A program made the position numbers and the translations under genes. The notes beneath the pieces were generated by a model, which was not told the DNA's origin, ran no database searches, and worked only from the letters and a program-made list of their open reading frames with translations. Positions 11,201 to 19,866 of a DNA stretch of 59,675 nucleotides are shown here, piece by piece. The DNA is taken from positions 1 to 59,675 of IMG/VR virus record IMGVR_UViG_3300031857_018978, one strand, 5' to 3'. The stretch's first letter is position 1. The number at the start of each line of letters is the position of its first letter. Origin of the DNA: a virus. Its lineage: Duplodnaviria; Caudoviricetes.

Positions 11201-11360
11201 CTCAATCATTCTGGTTAATAGAAGTCTTGAACATAACTTATACGTTGAAGACAGCAATGGAAATCAAATCTCTATAATCAGGCCCAATGAACGAGCCGAG
11301 ATTATTAGAGATGATGTTGAATGGAGAGACGACAGAGGCTCCGTTCTATCGCTTGAGTAA
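5256..11360 (+). CDS. Tail tip/host-specificity protein J, main fragment (VWA-like, FN3 and CBM-like inserts)
   Basis: YPYVAHVG, KVPSNY, YGDWDGTFKIAWTDNPAWILYD, GCTSRSEARRIGRY and LQPGD are lambda-J core motifs. Confidence 0.9.
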   Translation: MEPNSTDPDEGTSSSVDTNVVSQATLRNSNEIELLPSENGRDRYVIVEKRTAETISPLVKKEVVLDGIYEVIDRNFSYPYVAHVGMKFDSRTFGNMPNREFDVKMKKVKVPSNYFPIGGDGLDRRYVFANPDYPANPNSLDVIFMVDQNMNAQTKALIRRNLQEMIFKLVAGYTNIRFSIWQTAASGTNTVVNQATNETIVGFTYYNTASFAEMETPDSAGANQTNLFKQLDTALSTAQLSPATNPSETNIANFFLRKSQFSITDEVGKLSEETVLQNLWKNTVRKVVYFSGSTPETMSSETYQILLNRAREAGIQLYYLNTDPDRSGTRTLRELAEDTGGAKFNLLYDSDSKLQQFCNTNFYDSNKIYYGDWDGTFKIAWTDNPAWILYDIITDFNYGLGNYIDSSSVDKWTLYDIGRYCDAVDDDGRFRGVPDGKGGLEPRYTCNIIFYNKDEAYNVLKDIAAIFKGIIYWNTEGFSFFADKKKEPLVYFANTNVKDGLFSYSETAKNKRYTSVEVTYNDKFDNYKTKVEFVEDVDGILNYGLNPYKINAAGCTSRSEARRIGRYALTSSIYETDTVTFTAGLEGAYLQPGDVFGISDEIRNVGRSFGRILEVNETAKTIKIDGEFNTGLDSGVYIHVPSGNFSLSDLNSLTGSDGGFTGTLEQIRARRQKQTRKFNIHTVTDDTYGATLTLTGDFLLKSGIFDVYALENRTTGASSTYTGITTLTGVVYNFPPHTVVNGNPRWDTLTFSGISGVLSNLEIDIDFSGDAGTGLLISASTPSWEGIITGFNNINSDSGDFAWTVASEGRLESYNSAVIYRYNSGGAYEASNLLGNINSIWSNPVYTNASTGDVVIAVWPSGTLDSTTPNAIWSTGYAATEVFKLGLDTNTSKDNCLYCVALIKEGYRLLEAGSKRGLDYPGIKFNYRDLLAYSKLRPYYTFVQADFGSRAESIYEDWKSGRDYSVGNIVKHYSDTYICTRSHKSSEYFSEDYLNSFTRQCDIEAGNKNIGLTTQHISELGGVAVGMYVAGAGIPANSRINSITDDPSSITFHIDKDPTATANNVTVTFSSRLVGGNSSSASKWTRGNEEGYYSVGLPKDFYGTGKIPLTTPLTSSLVSGAFTALGLEVYVGTGTLGQSDLRLLPESNGIGYSGLVYGTGYPKGVYSLTVDTNPQNLDLINEGSLYVLSGSGVEPKLYKTIANKEEEANQYAIVGIEYLNNKDDYIEKDILDTSPSYYVQGPYDVVIKPNPPSGIQSISGISGATKYTGIQVIWSGTNSPITGYKVYVSRPDYSTITNETDAIVESYTIPSGTHTLTIPITGSDGNDIWGQYDFKIYSQGTTYKLLCTDPVETGIVMLPSGNLKINGTNALTSTIPSGFTIDTADQDSVKYSIGYAGGTYTGNGRGNWTSKDLVFRWKYIDPTGGKMTTKEQIYENPFVDLPQKVTVQVLDSAGQVLKEEKNYQGLSYRITQADNAAMFDSSTTPDFVEYSREIGLRVIVTDNTNLSKTGTFQAVNQYPGYSKIQVIDSYQNSPYYILSGYYGNRGFTGLAVWSPDVASTIGAITTISGSGVRDADGNLIRSESEDVPLTFRDISGAFSTATFYNGTGLAVGTRAAVSINFKGTGEPDYEKYVYAYDDLKDHYEKYVDKSISVSQWGADHYSSFGQSEGREIPTKEGNPLGICNLHDINPATQPNKTGFSGIAFTVLPEDVSKGKIIFNCFNATSNKDVFSVDVYTGVGYTDIINHTEMEEGNWYEIVTLGSSVNWRTIGHDSNTPILGSELEYNGETIAGSSATVKRVFKPDLVNHTNLFGAVSLTETRSYLNVITLGERLPTGQWLYFRFRPWDDYGAGFTSKVVSGYLEREPTEVTSPIANRYNLDGGRNENELISIPGNTLVKNYKYRIEQLGNPEINWVTIGADSATLNSEFIYNGETVSGGGTTIGKVKRVEIPYVVPENQINSTNLVTPRTDSSLVLPTDIQEGSSIILVNRSLEHNLYVEDSNGNQISIIRPNERAEIIRDDVEWRDDRGSVLSLE

Positions 11361-12416
11361 TTAGAATTTAATATCAAACACTGATTCGTCGATCTTGCTA
11401 TCCACGCCTTTAACGTAAGAAGAAATCTCAGTCTCCTGTGGGGCGACTTGAATCTTCTTGCTATCATAGAAGCTATCTAACCATCCAGCAATAGGATTGC
11501 CCTTTGCGTTGTATAGCTTCTTGTATCCCATAGAAGTAAGACGATTATCAGCAAGCCACTCAACATAATGCTTGAGCGAATCAGCGGTGAGACCAATTAA
11601 ACTACCCTTTGAGAAAAGGTAATCGGCCCAGTCTTTTTCTGCATCCACGGCCATACGATAAGCCTCGTAGATACGATCTTCATTCTTCTTAAAGATATCT
11701 TGGAAGCCTTCCTTTGGCTGATCACGGAGAATCTTCATGATGTTCTGAGTGATTGCAACGTGAAGGTTTTCGTCACGCGAAATTAAATTAATAATTTTAG
11801 CGTTTCCTTCCATCTTTCCGCGATATCCAAAGTAAAACGAGCAAGCGAATGAAACATAAAAAGTTACCCCTTCGGTGATCTGAGTTGAAAGGAGTGCATC
11901 GAAGATTTGCTGCCTTGGGTCATTGCTCTTGGTATTAAGCAAAGCGTCGTACTTATTGGAAATAAACTGCGCCCTCTTGACGATCTCCTTGTCATCTAAA
12001 ATAGAGTCGAAGAACTTTGTAGCATCAGGATGGACGTTCTGCAAGATATATGTATAACTATTGCTATGAATAGTTTCAAAGAATGACCAAACATTCATGC
12101 AGATCTCAAGTTCTGGATTACTGACGTAATCAGAAAGAGAGTTAATGCTACGGGATAGCATTGAATCTGTCATAGTTTGGAAGCGAAGATTACTATCAAA
12201 AACAAACTTCTCTTCTGGAGATAGATTCTTATAATCAGCTGCATCCTTAGTAAGATTAACTTCCTGTGGTCTCCAGAAGAAATTAATCTGCTGATCGTAG
12301 AGATCATAGAACTTGGGATACTTTAAACGATCATATCTTTGGATCGCCAAATCTTCGCCAAGGAAGAGCGGTTGTTTAAGTGAGTCCACGTTTACAGTGT
12401 TGAGTACAGTTTTCAT
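11361..12416 (-). CDS. nrdB: Class Ia ribonucleotide reductase beta subunit
   Basis: FFWRPQEV, ETIHSNSY, EGVTFYVSF, RDENLH, VAPQETEISSY. Confidence 0.97.
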   Translation of the reverse strand: MKTVLNTVNVDSLKQPLFLGEDLAIQRYDRLKYPKFYDLYDQQINFFWRPQEVNLTKDAADYKNLSPEEKFVFDSNLRFQTMTDSMLSRSINSLSDYVSNPELEICMNVWSFFETIHSNSYTYILQNVHPDATKFFDSILDDKEIVKRAQFISNKYDALLNTKSNDPRQQIFDALLSTQITEGVTFYVSFACSFYFGYRGKMEGNAKIINLISRDENLHVAITQNIMKILRDQPKEGFQDIFKKNEDRIYEAYRMAVDAEKDWADYLFSKGSLIGLTADSLKHYVEWLADNRLTSMGYKKLYNAKGNPIAGWLDSFYDSKKIQVAPQETEISSYVKGVDSKIDESVFDIKF

Positions 12417-12420
12417 ATTA

Positions 12421-12684
12421 TTACATGTAGTTTCTACTGCGATCTTTTCGTCCTCCTGAGTGGTGAGGTCTATTAGTTCCTTGCCACATTTTCCATTCTT
12501 TAGTTGTAGGGGCTTTTAATTTCTTTTTTTGTTTTTCCGCCTCTAAAAGCCATACTGGTTTGTAAAGATCAAAAAGTTGATTAATATAGTTATCGTCAGC
12601 CGTTCTAGCTGATTCATAACCTTTATTGATAAGCCACTTTCGCTTTCGCGAAACACTGGCATTAGAGAGAAATTTATAGTCCAT
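12421..12684 (-). CDS. Hypothetical basic protein between nrdA and nrdB
   Basis: Fills the gap exactly. ATG at 12684 lies 2 nt after the nrdA stop. Confidence 0.6.
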   Translation of the reverse strand: MDYKFLSNASVSRKRKWLINKGYESARTADDNYINQLFDLYKPVWLLEAEKQKKKLKAPTTKEWKMWQGTNRPHHSGGRKDRSRNYM

Positions 12685-12686
12685 TT

Positions 12687-14987
12687 TTATAAGGTGCAAG
12701 CTCCACCAGCGCAGCCTTGGGTGTCGTCTTGCGGTTCTTCGGTTTTTGTTTCTTGTTTAATTTCTTGTTTTGTATGTAAAGCGGTTTGAGTGTCGCCGTC
12801 AAACGTATTTGTGTAGTAAAGATTTTTAATTCCGTACTTATAAGCCAGCATTAAGTCTCCAACAAGTTCTCCTTGGCTTGGAATTTTATTTTGATAACGA
12901 GTGGCGTTATAATAAAGATTAGTTGAAATACTCATGTCAACAAATTTTTGAAGAGCAGCGACTACCTTCAAATACCCCTGATTATTGGGCATTTCAAACG
13001 CGAGGGTATAATTATCCTTGTTATTTTTGATATGGGGGACCACAACTGGGATAACTCCAGCCTTTGAACGCTTATAAGAAATCAAAGAACGAGGAGGTTC
13101 AATCCCGTTAGTCGATGATTGAATAACAGAGCTAGACTCAACAGGCATCAAGGCAGTCAAGGTACTGTGACGCATACCGTGAGTTTTAATTTGCTTTCTA
13201 AGCTCTTCCCAATCACAGTGCAGTTTCTCAGTGACAAATTCATCAATATTCTTGCAATAAGTATCGATTGGCAGAATAGCTTTTGAGAACTTTGTTTCAG
13301 AAAACAAGGCGCATGGACCCTTTTCTTGAGCCATCTTAACTGAAGCCTTGATGAGATTATAACTCACAAGCTCCATGATAGCGGCGGCTTTGTTGGCGGC
13401 ATTCTTGTCGGTATACTTGACGCCAATATTAGCAAGATAGCCAGCAAGATTAGTGACGCCAACCCCAAGACTGCGGCGATTCTTTGCAAAATTTGCAGCA
13501 GCAGGAACGAAATAGTTTTGATGATCAATCAAAGCGTCAAGCATACGAACAATAATTTCGCATACAGGCTCCATCTCGTCCTTTACAACCTCAAGAAGAT
13601 TAACGGCAGATAAGATGCAAACGCCGATTTCTCCATTGGGATCATTCAAGTCCTTGATAGGCTTGAGCGGATGATTGACCTCAAGGCAAAGATTGCTGGT
13701 ATCAACTTGGGCATTCCAAGAACCATGCGAGTTTGCATGATCAACGTTCATCAAATAAATGCGACCAGTTTCTACACGCTCTTTAGAGAACAAAAAGAAA
13801 AGATCACGCGCATTAATTGTCTTTTTAAATTTAAGGCTCTTGTTCTTTTCTGCCGCTTCATAAAGCTCCTTGAATTCTGGCATACCAAAGCTATTCCAAA
13901 GCTCTGGGACTTCGTGATAAGAAAATAAAGTAATGCTTTCATTCTTGACCAGACGATCATAGAATGTACGATCAAATCCGATGCAATAGTCGAGTTTGCG
14001 AACTCGGTTGTCGTCTGTGCCAGCATTATTTTTTAATACAAGAATATCCTCAATATCATGATGGAACCAAGCCATGTTTACTGTTGCAGATCCACCGCGA
14101 ATACCATTTTGATGACAAGACTTAACGGTAGATTCAAACATCTTTAAAAAGGGAACAGGTCCAGTATGGCTAACCATGCCGCCCTTAACAGGTGCATTAA
14201 CTGCACGGAGACGACTTGCGTTAATACCGATACCGTAACGATTTGCGGTAGCAAATCCAATGGCGCTATTATTCGCAAAGATAGAGTCAAGAGAATCGTC
14301 TACACTAAACAAAGCGCAAGACGCATAAGATTTGAGGGTAGTTCTCACTCCAGCCATAATAGGAGTGGGCAAATTAATTTTGTGCTGGCTAAAATAATTA
14401 TAAGCCTTCTTGATATAGTTGGTCCGCTCTCCCTTATAGTCCTTAAATAAGGTCATTGCAATGAGCATATAAGCAAATTGCGGGGTTTCATAAAGCTTCT
14501 TATTAGTTCTATTCTGAACTAGATACTTTTCGCAAAGCTGCTTAATACCAGCGTATGTGAAATTAAAATCACGATCATGACGAAGGCATTCATCAAACTT
14601 ATGGAATTCACGATCATCATACCATTCAAGAATGGCGGGATCATAAACTTTATTTTTAATATTATCTTTTACGAAATCAATAAGTTTTGGGGCATTCTTG
14701 CCTCCCCAAACTTCTTTACGCAACTGGTAATTTAAAAGACGAGAAGCAACATACTGATACTGAGGCTTTTCTTCGGAAATGAGTCCAGCCGCAGCTTCAA
14801 TTAATGTGTTGTGGATATCTTTAGAGGATATTCCATCAAAGAAAGAAAGGTTCGCATTCATCGCGACTTCCTCAAAAGAGGTATCGTGAATTCCAGTGCA
14901 AGCCCATTCTAAAACTTTGTTAATTTTATCGGCGTCGAACTTTTCAATTTCTCCGCTTCTCTTCTTAACAGTCATTAATTTTTTCAT
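12687..14987 (-). CDS. nrdA: Class Ia ribonucleotide reductase alpha subunit with ATP cone
   Basis: VKKRSG ATP cone, PTPIMAG, SCAL, SNLCLE, YY pair and C-terminal CAGGAC. Start placed at MKKLMTV. Confidence 0.97.
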   Translation of the reverse strand: MKKLMTVKKRSGEIEKFDADKINKVLEWACTGIHDTSFEEVAMNANLSFFDGISSKDIHNTLIEAAAGLISEEKPQYQYVASRLLNYQLRKEVWGGKNAPKLIDFVKDNIKNKVYDPAILEWYDDREFHKFDECLRHDRDFNFTYAGIKQLCEKYLVQNRTNKKLYETPQFAYMLIAMTLFKDYKGERTNYIKKAYNYFSQHKINLPTPIMAGVRTTLKSYASCALFSVDDSLDSIFANNSAIGFATANRYGIGINASRLRAVNAPVKGGMVSHTGPVPFLKMFESTVKSCHQNGIRGGSATVNMAWFHHDIEDILVLKNNAGTDDNRVRKLDYCIGFDRTFYDRLVKNESITLFSYHEVPELWNSFGMPEFKELYEAAEKNKSLKFKKTINARDLFFLFSKERVETGRIYLMNVDHANSHGSWNAQVDTSNLCLEVNHPLKPIKDLNDPNGEIGVCILSAVNLLEVVKDEMEPVCEIIVRMLDALIDHQNYFVPAAANFAKNRRSLGVGVTNLAGYLANIGVKYTDKNAANKAAAIMELVSYNLIKASVKMAQEKGPCALFSETKFSKAILPIDTYCKNIDEFVTEKLHCDWEELRKQIKTHGMRHSTLTALMPVESSSVIQSSTNGIEPPRSLISYKRSKAGVIPVVVPHIKNNKDNYTLAFEMPNNQGYLKVVAALQKFVDMSISTNLYYNATRYQNKIPSQGELVGDLMLAYKYGIKNLYYTNTFDGDTQTALHTKQEIKQETKTEEPQDDTQGCAGGACTL

Positions 14988-15059
14988 AAAAAGTAAAATA
15001 GGGTAAAAGATATTACATATCAAACAGGAACTGCCAAACTAAAAAGTTTGGACAAACGA

Positions 15060-15530
15060 TTATTCGTAGTTCTTTACAAAAGAAAGTGTATCTAGGCGAA
15101 ATCCGTTAGCCATATAAAACCCTTGAAGTCTCGGATCTCCGCCATTACACATGTAGTTCATGGACAAAAAGTCAATCTTTTTTTCGACAATAATTTTCTC
15201 AACTTCTTGTAGAACTCTAAATCCTCCAAACATAGTTGGATGGGTTGAAACCCATACAATCTCATTCAATCCTGTTTTGCCGCAACTCCAATCTTTCGAT
15301 ATAATTCCAGCAAACAAAGACACAGGCTGATCTTTGTCGAAGTAACAAACTATTACCGCATCATTTTTAAATACTAATAAAAGCTGAATGAGCTGATTCT
15401 CTAAGTGGTCAAGATCCCAACGACCAGCTACATGACCTTGCTTATCAAGAATTTTTTTAAGCCCCTTGCTATCCTTCATTTTTTGAAGGATAGGCTTGAG
15501 GGCTAAAGTACTTATAATTCTTTTGACCAT
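15060..15530 (-). CDS. Putative GNAT-fold acetyltransferase
   Basis: EIVWVS...GGFRVLQEVEK...RLQGFYMANGF pattern typical of phage GNAT proteins. Confidence 0.55.
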   Translation of the reverse strand: MVKRIISTLALKPILQKMKDSKGLKKILDKQGHVAGRWDLDHLENQLIQLLLVFKNDAVIVCYFDKDQPVSLFAGIISKDWSCGKTGLNEIVWVSTHPTMFGGFRVLQEVEKIIVEKKIDFLSMNYMCNGGDPRLQGFYMANGFRLDTLSFVKNYE

Positions 15531-16294
15531 TACTTAATAAACTTCAGTAATGCGCGAGCTTCTTTAGCTGGAATATCTGACCATGTTTTCCAATTTGCAG
15601 CATCTTCATTTTGATAAGACTCTGCCTTCCAAAGCTCTCGTAACCAAGATTTAAAATCGCTAAATCCACCGCCGATATTTTCGGTAAACTTCTTGGAAAG
15701 AATCCCTTGCGGAGAAATGTCGGCAGATCCGTCTATTGAAGAAGATGCTGCTTTAGCTCCATTTCCTTTCGCAATTTCATCTTCTCCAACAATATGAATG
15801 CCTAGATAGTTTCTCACGGTACGCACAAACGCGCGATTTGCAGCGATAGTTTCAAGAAACTTTTGACCAAAGCCATCTGTATTTTCAAAAGTTGCATTTG
15901 CAACATCCATAGACGAGATAGAATTCCAATCATCTTCAATTGAATTAACGTTTGTTTCGAAATTGCTGATCCAATCAATAGTGCAAGATGCGACTACATA
16001 ATCTCTTTCGAGCTTAGGAAATTGGAAAAGGACTCGGGAATATCCACGCAACTTTGCAACCTCTTTGATTCCTCCAAGCTTAATTAAAAGCTGCTCGTCT
16101 CGCAGATCAGTAGCTGATTCTGGAACTGGTTGGTTCCTACGATTGAACCAATCCTTATTTGGATAAAGATGAGCGGGATTAACCATTGCGCGCCAATTGA
16201 CGGTGCCATCTTTATTAAAGATATAATTTACTCCATTGAGAAGCCCGCGTTCATCGCGAACTGTTGGTTTGGTAGTTTGTGTTTTTTCGCTCAT
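15530..16294 (-). CDS. Hypothetical protein, possible Rad52/Sak-like ssDNA annealing protein
   Basis: LIKLGGIKEVAKLRG...ETIAANRAFVRTVRNYLGI..VGEDEI resembles SSAP core motifs. Confidence 0.4.
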   Translation of the reverse strand: MSEKTQTTKPTVRDERGLLNGVNYIFNKDGTVNWRAMVNPAHLYPNKDWFNRRNQPVPESATDLRDEQLLIKLGGIKEVAKLRGYSRVLFQFPKLERDYVVASCTIDWISNFETNVNSIEDDWNSISSMDVANATFENTDGFGQKFLETIAANRAFVRTVRNYLGIHIVGEDEIAKGNGAKAASSSIDGSADISPQGILSKKFTENIGGGFSDFKSWLRELWKAESYQNEDAANWKTWSDIPAKEARALLKFIK

Positions 16295-17450
16295 CTTTTA
16301 AAAAATAGAAGTGTGGAGACTCTTTCCAGAAGTCTGGATCATCGACTATTTTTGAGTACTTGTCAAGCTTTGGTAGATCTTTTTTCCAGAAAAATTCACA
16401 AGCATAAATTTTACCATTAGAAATAAAAACCTTTTCAGAGGAAAAGAGGCACGCTTCATTTATTTCGTCAATATTTTTAATATCTTCTTTAACGAAAGCC
16501 ATTTCCTTTTCTAAGGAGAAATCAAAAAACCTTTCTGCTAATTCGCCCCATTTCTCATTATCTTTGGCAAAAAGAGAAATTTTAATTCCTAAAGACTTTA
16601 GCTCCTCCAAATATTCAATAGTAATTCTTTCGCTAGCTTCTATTGTGATCGCTTGAATTTTATTTTTAATCTTATTGATGCATGGAATAGATATTTCTTT
16701 ATCAGTAATAATATTTAAATGAGAAATTTTTGAGATTATCTCTAATATTTTTTCATCAAAATGCAAATCCATTCTAATGTTGCAAAGTTTATTTTTAATA
16801 AAGGACGGAAACCGAGGTTCATTTGGGACGATTTCTATAACTGAATCATGATAGTGCTTGCCGAAATGTAACGTTTTAACTTTATTTAAATCATTTATTA
16901 CGCCAAGCTGATCTAAAACATTTTTAGCAATAATTTCTGGCTTTATTGTATTAATTTTTTTATTTTTCTCCATCAAAGAAAAAGATGGCTTGCCATATTT
17001 TTGCCAATCAACTTCAATTATAGACTTATTTTTTTTGTCGCCCCAAATTGGATAGCAATTCTGAGCGTAACAATACGAATATAAAGAAACTATTTTTTTA
17101 TTGTAGAACCCAGCTAAATGAGTGGATAAACTGTCTACGCCAAGATACAAAGAAGAATTTTTGATTATGTAGGCTAATTGACGTATAGAAGTCTTTCCAC
17201 GAAGATCTTCGTCAACTCCTTCAACAGTTTGATCTGAAGGGAGTCCAACATGAACAATTTTATAATCAGAACAGTATTCACGAATAAAAGAAAATACTTT
17301 ATCCCAATAATCATATTGCCTTGAATTGCCTTTACCGCTGGTTTGAAATACAACGTATTTGTCTAGAACCATTGGATAATACTGCTCTAAAATAAACGGC
17401 TTATCAATTTTTACCCCACAAGATAGGGCATAGCGATCAAGAAGATGCAT
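16251..17450 (-). CDS. GT9 glycosyltransferase C-terminal half fused to an unknown domain
   Basis: HLLDRYA, YWDKV, DLRGKTSIRQLAYIIKNSSLYLGVDSLSTHLA is the GT9 C-lobe signature. Confidence 0.75.
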   Translation of the reverse strand: MHLLDRYALSCGVKIDKPFILEQYYPMVLDKYVVFQTSGKGNSRQYDYWDKVFSFIREYCSDYKIVHVGLPSDQTVEGVDEDLRGKTSIRQLAYIIKNSSLYLGVDSLSTHLAGFYNKKIVSLYSYCYAQNCYPIWGDKKNKSIIEVDWQKYGKPSFSLMEKNKKINTIKPEIIAKNVLDQLGVINDLNKVKTLHFGKHYHDSVIEIVPNEPRFPSFIKNKLCNIRMDLHFDEKILEIISKISHLNIITDKEISIPCINKIKNKIQAITIEASERITIEYLEELKSLGIKISLFAKDNEKWGELAERFFDFSLEKEMAFVKEDIKNIDEINEACLFSSEKVFISNGKIYACEFFWKKDLPKLDKYSKIVDDPDFWKESPHFYFLKDERKNTNYQTNSSR

Positions 17451-17451
17451 G

Positions 17452-19356
17452 TTAATTTCTAGTATTTAATTGTATTAAATCTTTTCCGTTGTGTTGATAA
17501 TCAAACATTTTTTGCGTTCCTAAATGTGGGAAAAACGCTATATCAAAATAGCCTTTATGTTCTCCATGACCTTCCATAGTTAATAGATTTTCCATTTGTG
17601 GGCTATAAAGCAAAACTTTATGAATATGAGGATTACCGTCAAGAATATTAATGTACTCTGGTTTAGTTGAAAAATATATATTATAATTAGGGTACAAATT
17701 TTTAATCGAAGGCAGTAAAGAAGTAGACATAAAAACATCACCAGCGCTTTCTGGCATCATAAACAATATTCTTCTCCCTTCGTCATCTTTGTTTAAAAGA
17801 TCGCCCAGTTCTATCTTGTTATTTTCTGCATTCTCTTTTCTAGCTACGTGCTTAAAGTACTCAAGAATTTCTTCTCTTTTTCTGCCGCCGCTTAAAGCTC
17901 CGAGCCAAGATTTGACGCCTTCATCTCTGATATCAACACTCATCTTCAAAATATTTTTATATAAATCAATAATCCATTCTGTATCGGATTGGTCGTTGCT
18001 TGGAGTATAATTAGGGTCTCTCTTTTCAAAAACTGGAGCTTCAAAATTCCATTGAATAGGTTCTGAGCTATCAATAATAGCTTCAAGTTGTTTGCCAATT
18101 ACTTCAACAGACAAATTATCAATAACGAATTTTTTTGCACGCTGCCCCATCTCTTTTCTTTTTTCTTTGGGCATTCTATATACTCGTTCCAACTTGTCCG
18201 CAATAGATTCTGGCAAAGTAGTAGCTTTAATAAAGTTTGTGCCAGGTTCAAAGTATGGCTTCCAGTTTAAAGGCATACCGCCGCTTTCATCGGTGCAGAA
18301 ATCTTCTCCACAAGAATAATTTGTAACAAGAGTAATAAGCTCGGTCATTTTAGCTTCTGTAACAGGTATCTCTTGTCCTCCGCTTGTAAATGGATGGCAG
18401 TAAACATCCATTAAATTATAGATTTCATTCAACTGGGCTTCGTTGACTCCATTATTAATGTTCGTCGTTTCTACTGAACCTAGCTCTCCACAAAATCTAC
18501 ATTTAATTTTCTGCCCCTCAAATGGTTTAACTTCAAATTGCTTGCACTTTTTGCAAAAATATGTGGTGAGAATATCTTCGTTTTTTAAACCATTATCTTT
18601 AATTAATTTAACAATATCCCATCCTTCTGACCAATGAGTATGCAGAAGCAGCTTTGCTTTGACATTAGGGTTTTTATCTTTAAAGATTTTGAATCCTTGC
18701 AATAAATTAGGAACGCTTTTTCTAAGTTGATTTCTAAAAACAAATCCAATAATAAACTCATCAGACAGGCCAAATTCTTTTCTCAAAAGTGTTCTTTGCT
18801 CATCTTTAAGTCTAAAAAAAGAATTTATCTCTGTAGCGCCTCTTAAAGTTTTGATTAAACCTTTTGGGTAACCAAGTCTTTCAACTTCTCTAGAAGCAAA
18901 TGAAGCCCAAGCATAATAGTGATTTACTTTAGGTATGATTTTAAGAGCCTCTTCGTACAAAGGAACAGAATCTAAAGTAGTCCAAATCATACAATTCTTG
19001 TTCCACCATTTCTTTTCTACTAATGGAGTTAGCGCCCAAATATCCTCCACTCCAATATAGAAATCTGGTTTTACTTCTCTAATTAAAGAATCTATCTCCA
19101 TTAATCCATAAGCCGCAATCCTAACTTTTCCTTGGTCTTGATTAATTGAGTTAAGAATTTCTTGTTTTGGTAGTGTTCCATAGGCTTTCCAAGGCAAAGA
19201 CTCCAAGCACTCTTCTTCTTTTAATTTGGCATTTGAAAATTCAACAATATTGTATTTGCCCGTTTTATAAAGATAGCGAAGAATGTTTTTGGCATTTTTG
19301 CCAAATCCAGTAAACATCCTGCTATAATTGCTATGGAAAACTACAGTTTTTTTCAT
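17452..19356 (-). CDS. Multidomain glycosyltransferase: GT4 (with CxxC..CxxC insert), DUF4214-like helices and GT9 N-lobe
   Basis: TGFG, RNQLRK, IYNLMDV..PFTSGGQEIPVTEA; WIIDLYKNIL..DEGVKSWLGAL..GRKREEIL; SAGDVFMSTSLLPSIKNLYP. Confidence 0.8.
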   Translation of the reverse strand: MKKTVVFHSNYSRMFTGFGKNAKNILRYLYKTGKYNIVEFSNAKLKEEECLESLPWKAYGTLPKQEILNSINQDQGKVRIAAYGLMEIDSLIREVKPDFYIGVEDIWALTPLVEKKWWNKNCMIWTTLDSVPLYEEALKIIPKVNHYYAWASFASREVERLGYPKGLIKTLRGATEINSFFRLKDEQRTLLRKEFGLSDEFIIGFVFRNQLRKSVPNLLQGFKIFKDKNPNVKAKLLLHTHWSEGWDIVKLIKDNGLKNEDILTTYFCKKCKQFEVKPFEGQKIKCRFCGELGSVETTNINNGVNEAQLNEIYNLMDVYCHPFTSGGQEIPVTEAKMTELITLVTNYSCGEDFCTDESGGMPLNWKPYFEPGTNFIKATTLPESIADKLERVYRMPKEKRKEMGQRAKKFVIDNLSVEVIGKQLEAIIDSSEPIQWNFEAPVFEKRDPNYTPSNDQSDTEWIIDLYKNILKMSVDIRDEGVKSWLGALSGGRKREEILEYFKHVARKENAENNKIELGDLLNKDDEGRRILFMMPESAGDVFMSTSLLPSIKNLYPNYNIYFSTKPEYINILDGNPHIHKVLLYSPQMENLLTMEGHGEHKGYFDIAFFPHLGTQKMFDYQHNGKDLIQLNTRN

Positions 19357-19817
19357 TCTGAAACTTCAAAACTTTTACGAAGATAATTCTCCATGTATTG
19401 AGCAACAAGCTCCGCTTCTCCAAGTTCGAAGCCAATCAAAAAAGATTGCTCGCCCTTCTTGATTGAAAAAGAAAAAGCATTATCTCCATTCTTCTTTTGA
19501 TAGGGTCCAAACATAATTGATGTCGTTGACCCTTGATAAGCGTGAACAGTAGAAAATTTAGCCGATTGTCTAACGGCGCGGATCATGGATGCAGCCTCTA
19601 CTTGATTCAACTTCAGCGCAGCAGTTTTTTCTGGGTTTTTTGCATTTTCTGAAAACGATCCTTTTTTGGTTTCATCATTCCAGCCAGCTTGTTTTACAAA
19701 ACTGACATAAAGATCTGGTCCCTCTCCTTTGGTTTGATCTTTGTCTTTATACGATACATTGAATGACAATGCCGTTCCCGTGTTAGATTTATTTGGTTTA
19801 TAAAAGTTAAGGCGCAT
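19353..19817 (-). CDS. Putative Whirly/PC4-fold ssDNA-binding protein
   Basis: Two beta4-alpha repeats ending LKLNQVEAASMI and IGFELGEAELV. Confidence 0.45.
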   Translation of the reverse strand: MRLNFYKPNKSNTGTALSFNVSYKDKDQTKGEGPDLYVSFVKQAGWNDETKKGSFSENAKNPEKTAALKLNQVEAASMIRAVRQSAKFSTVHAYQGSTTSIMFGPYQKKNGDNAFSFSIKKGEQSFLIGFELGEAELVAQYMENYLRKSFEVSE

Positions 19818-19866
19818 GTTAGTTAAAATTATAAGTTTAACACGATAGAATTAAAGAAAAATAGAC

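Noticed and set aside
15034-15051. CCAAACT-AAAA-AGTTTGG inverted repeat upstream of nrdA as an NrdR box or terminator
   Set aside because: It does not match the NrdR consensus and has a short stem without a clear U-tail; left unassigned.
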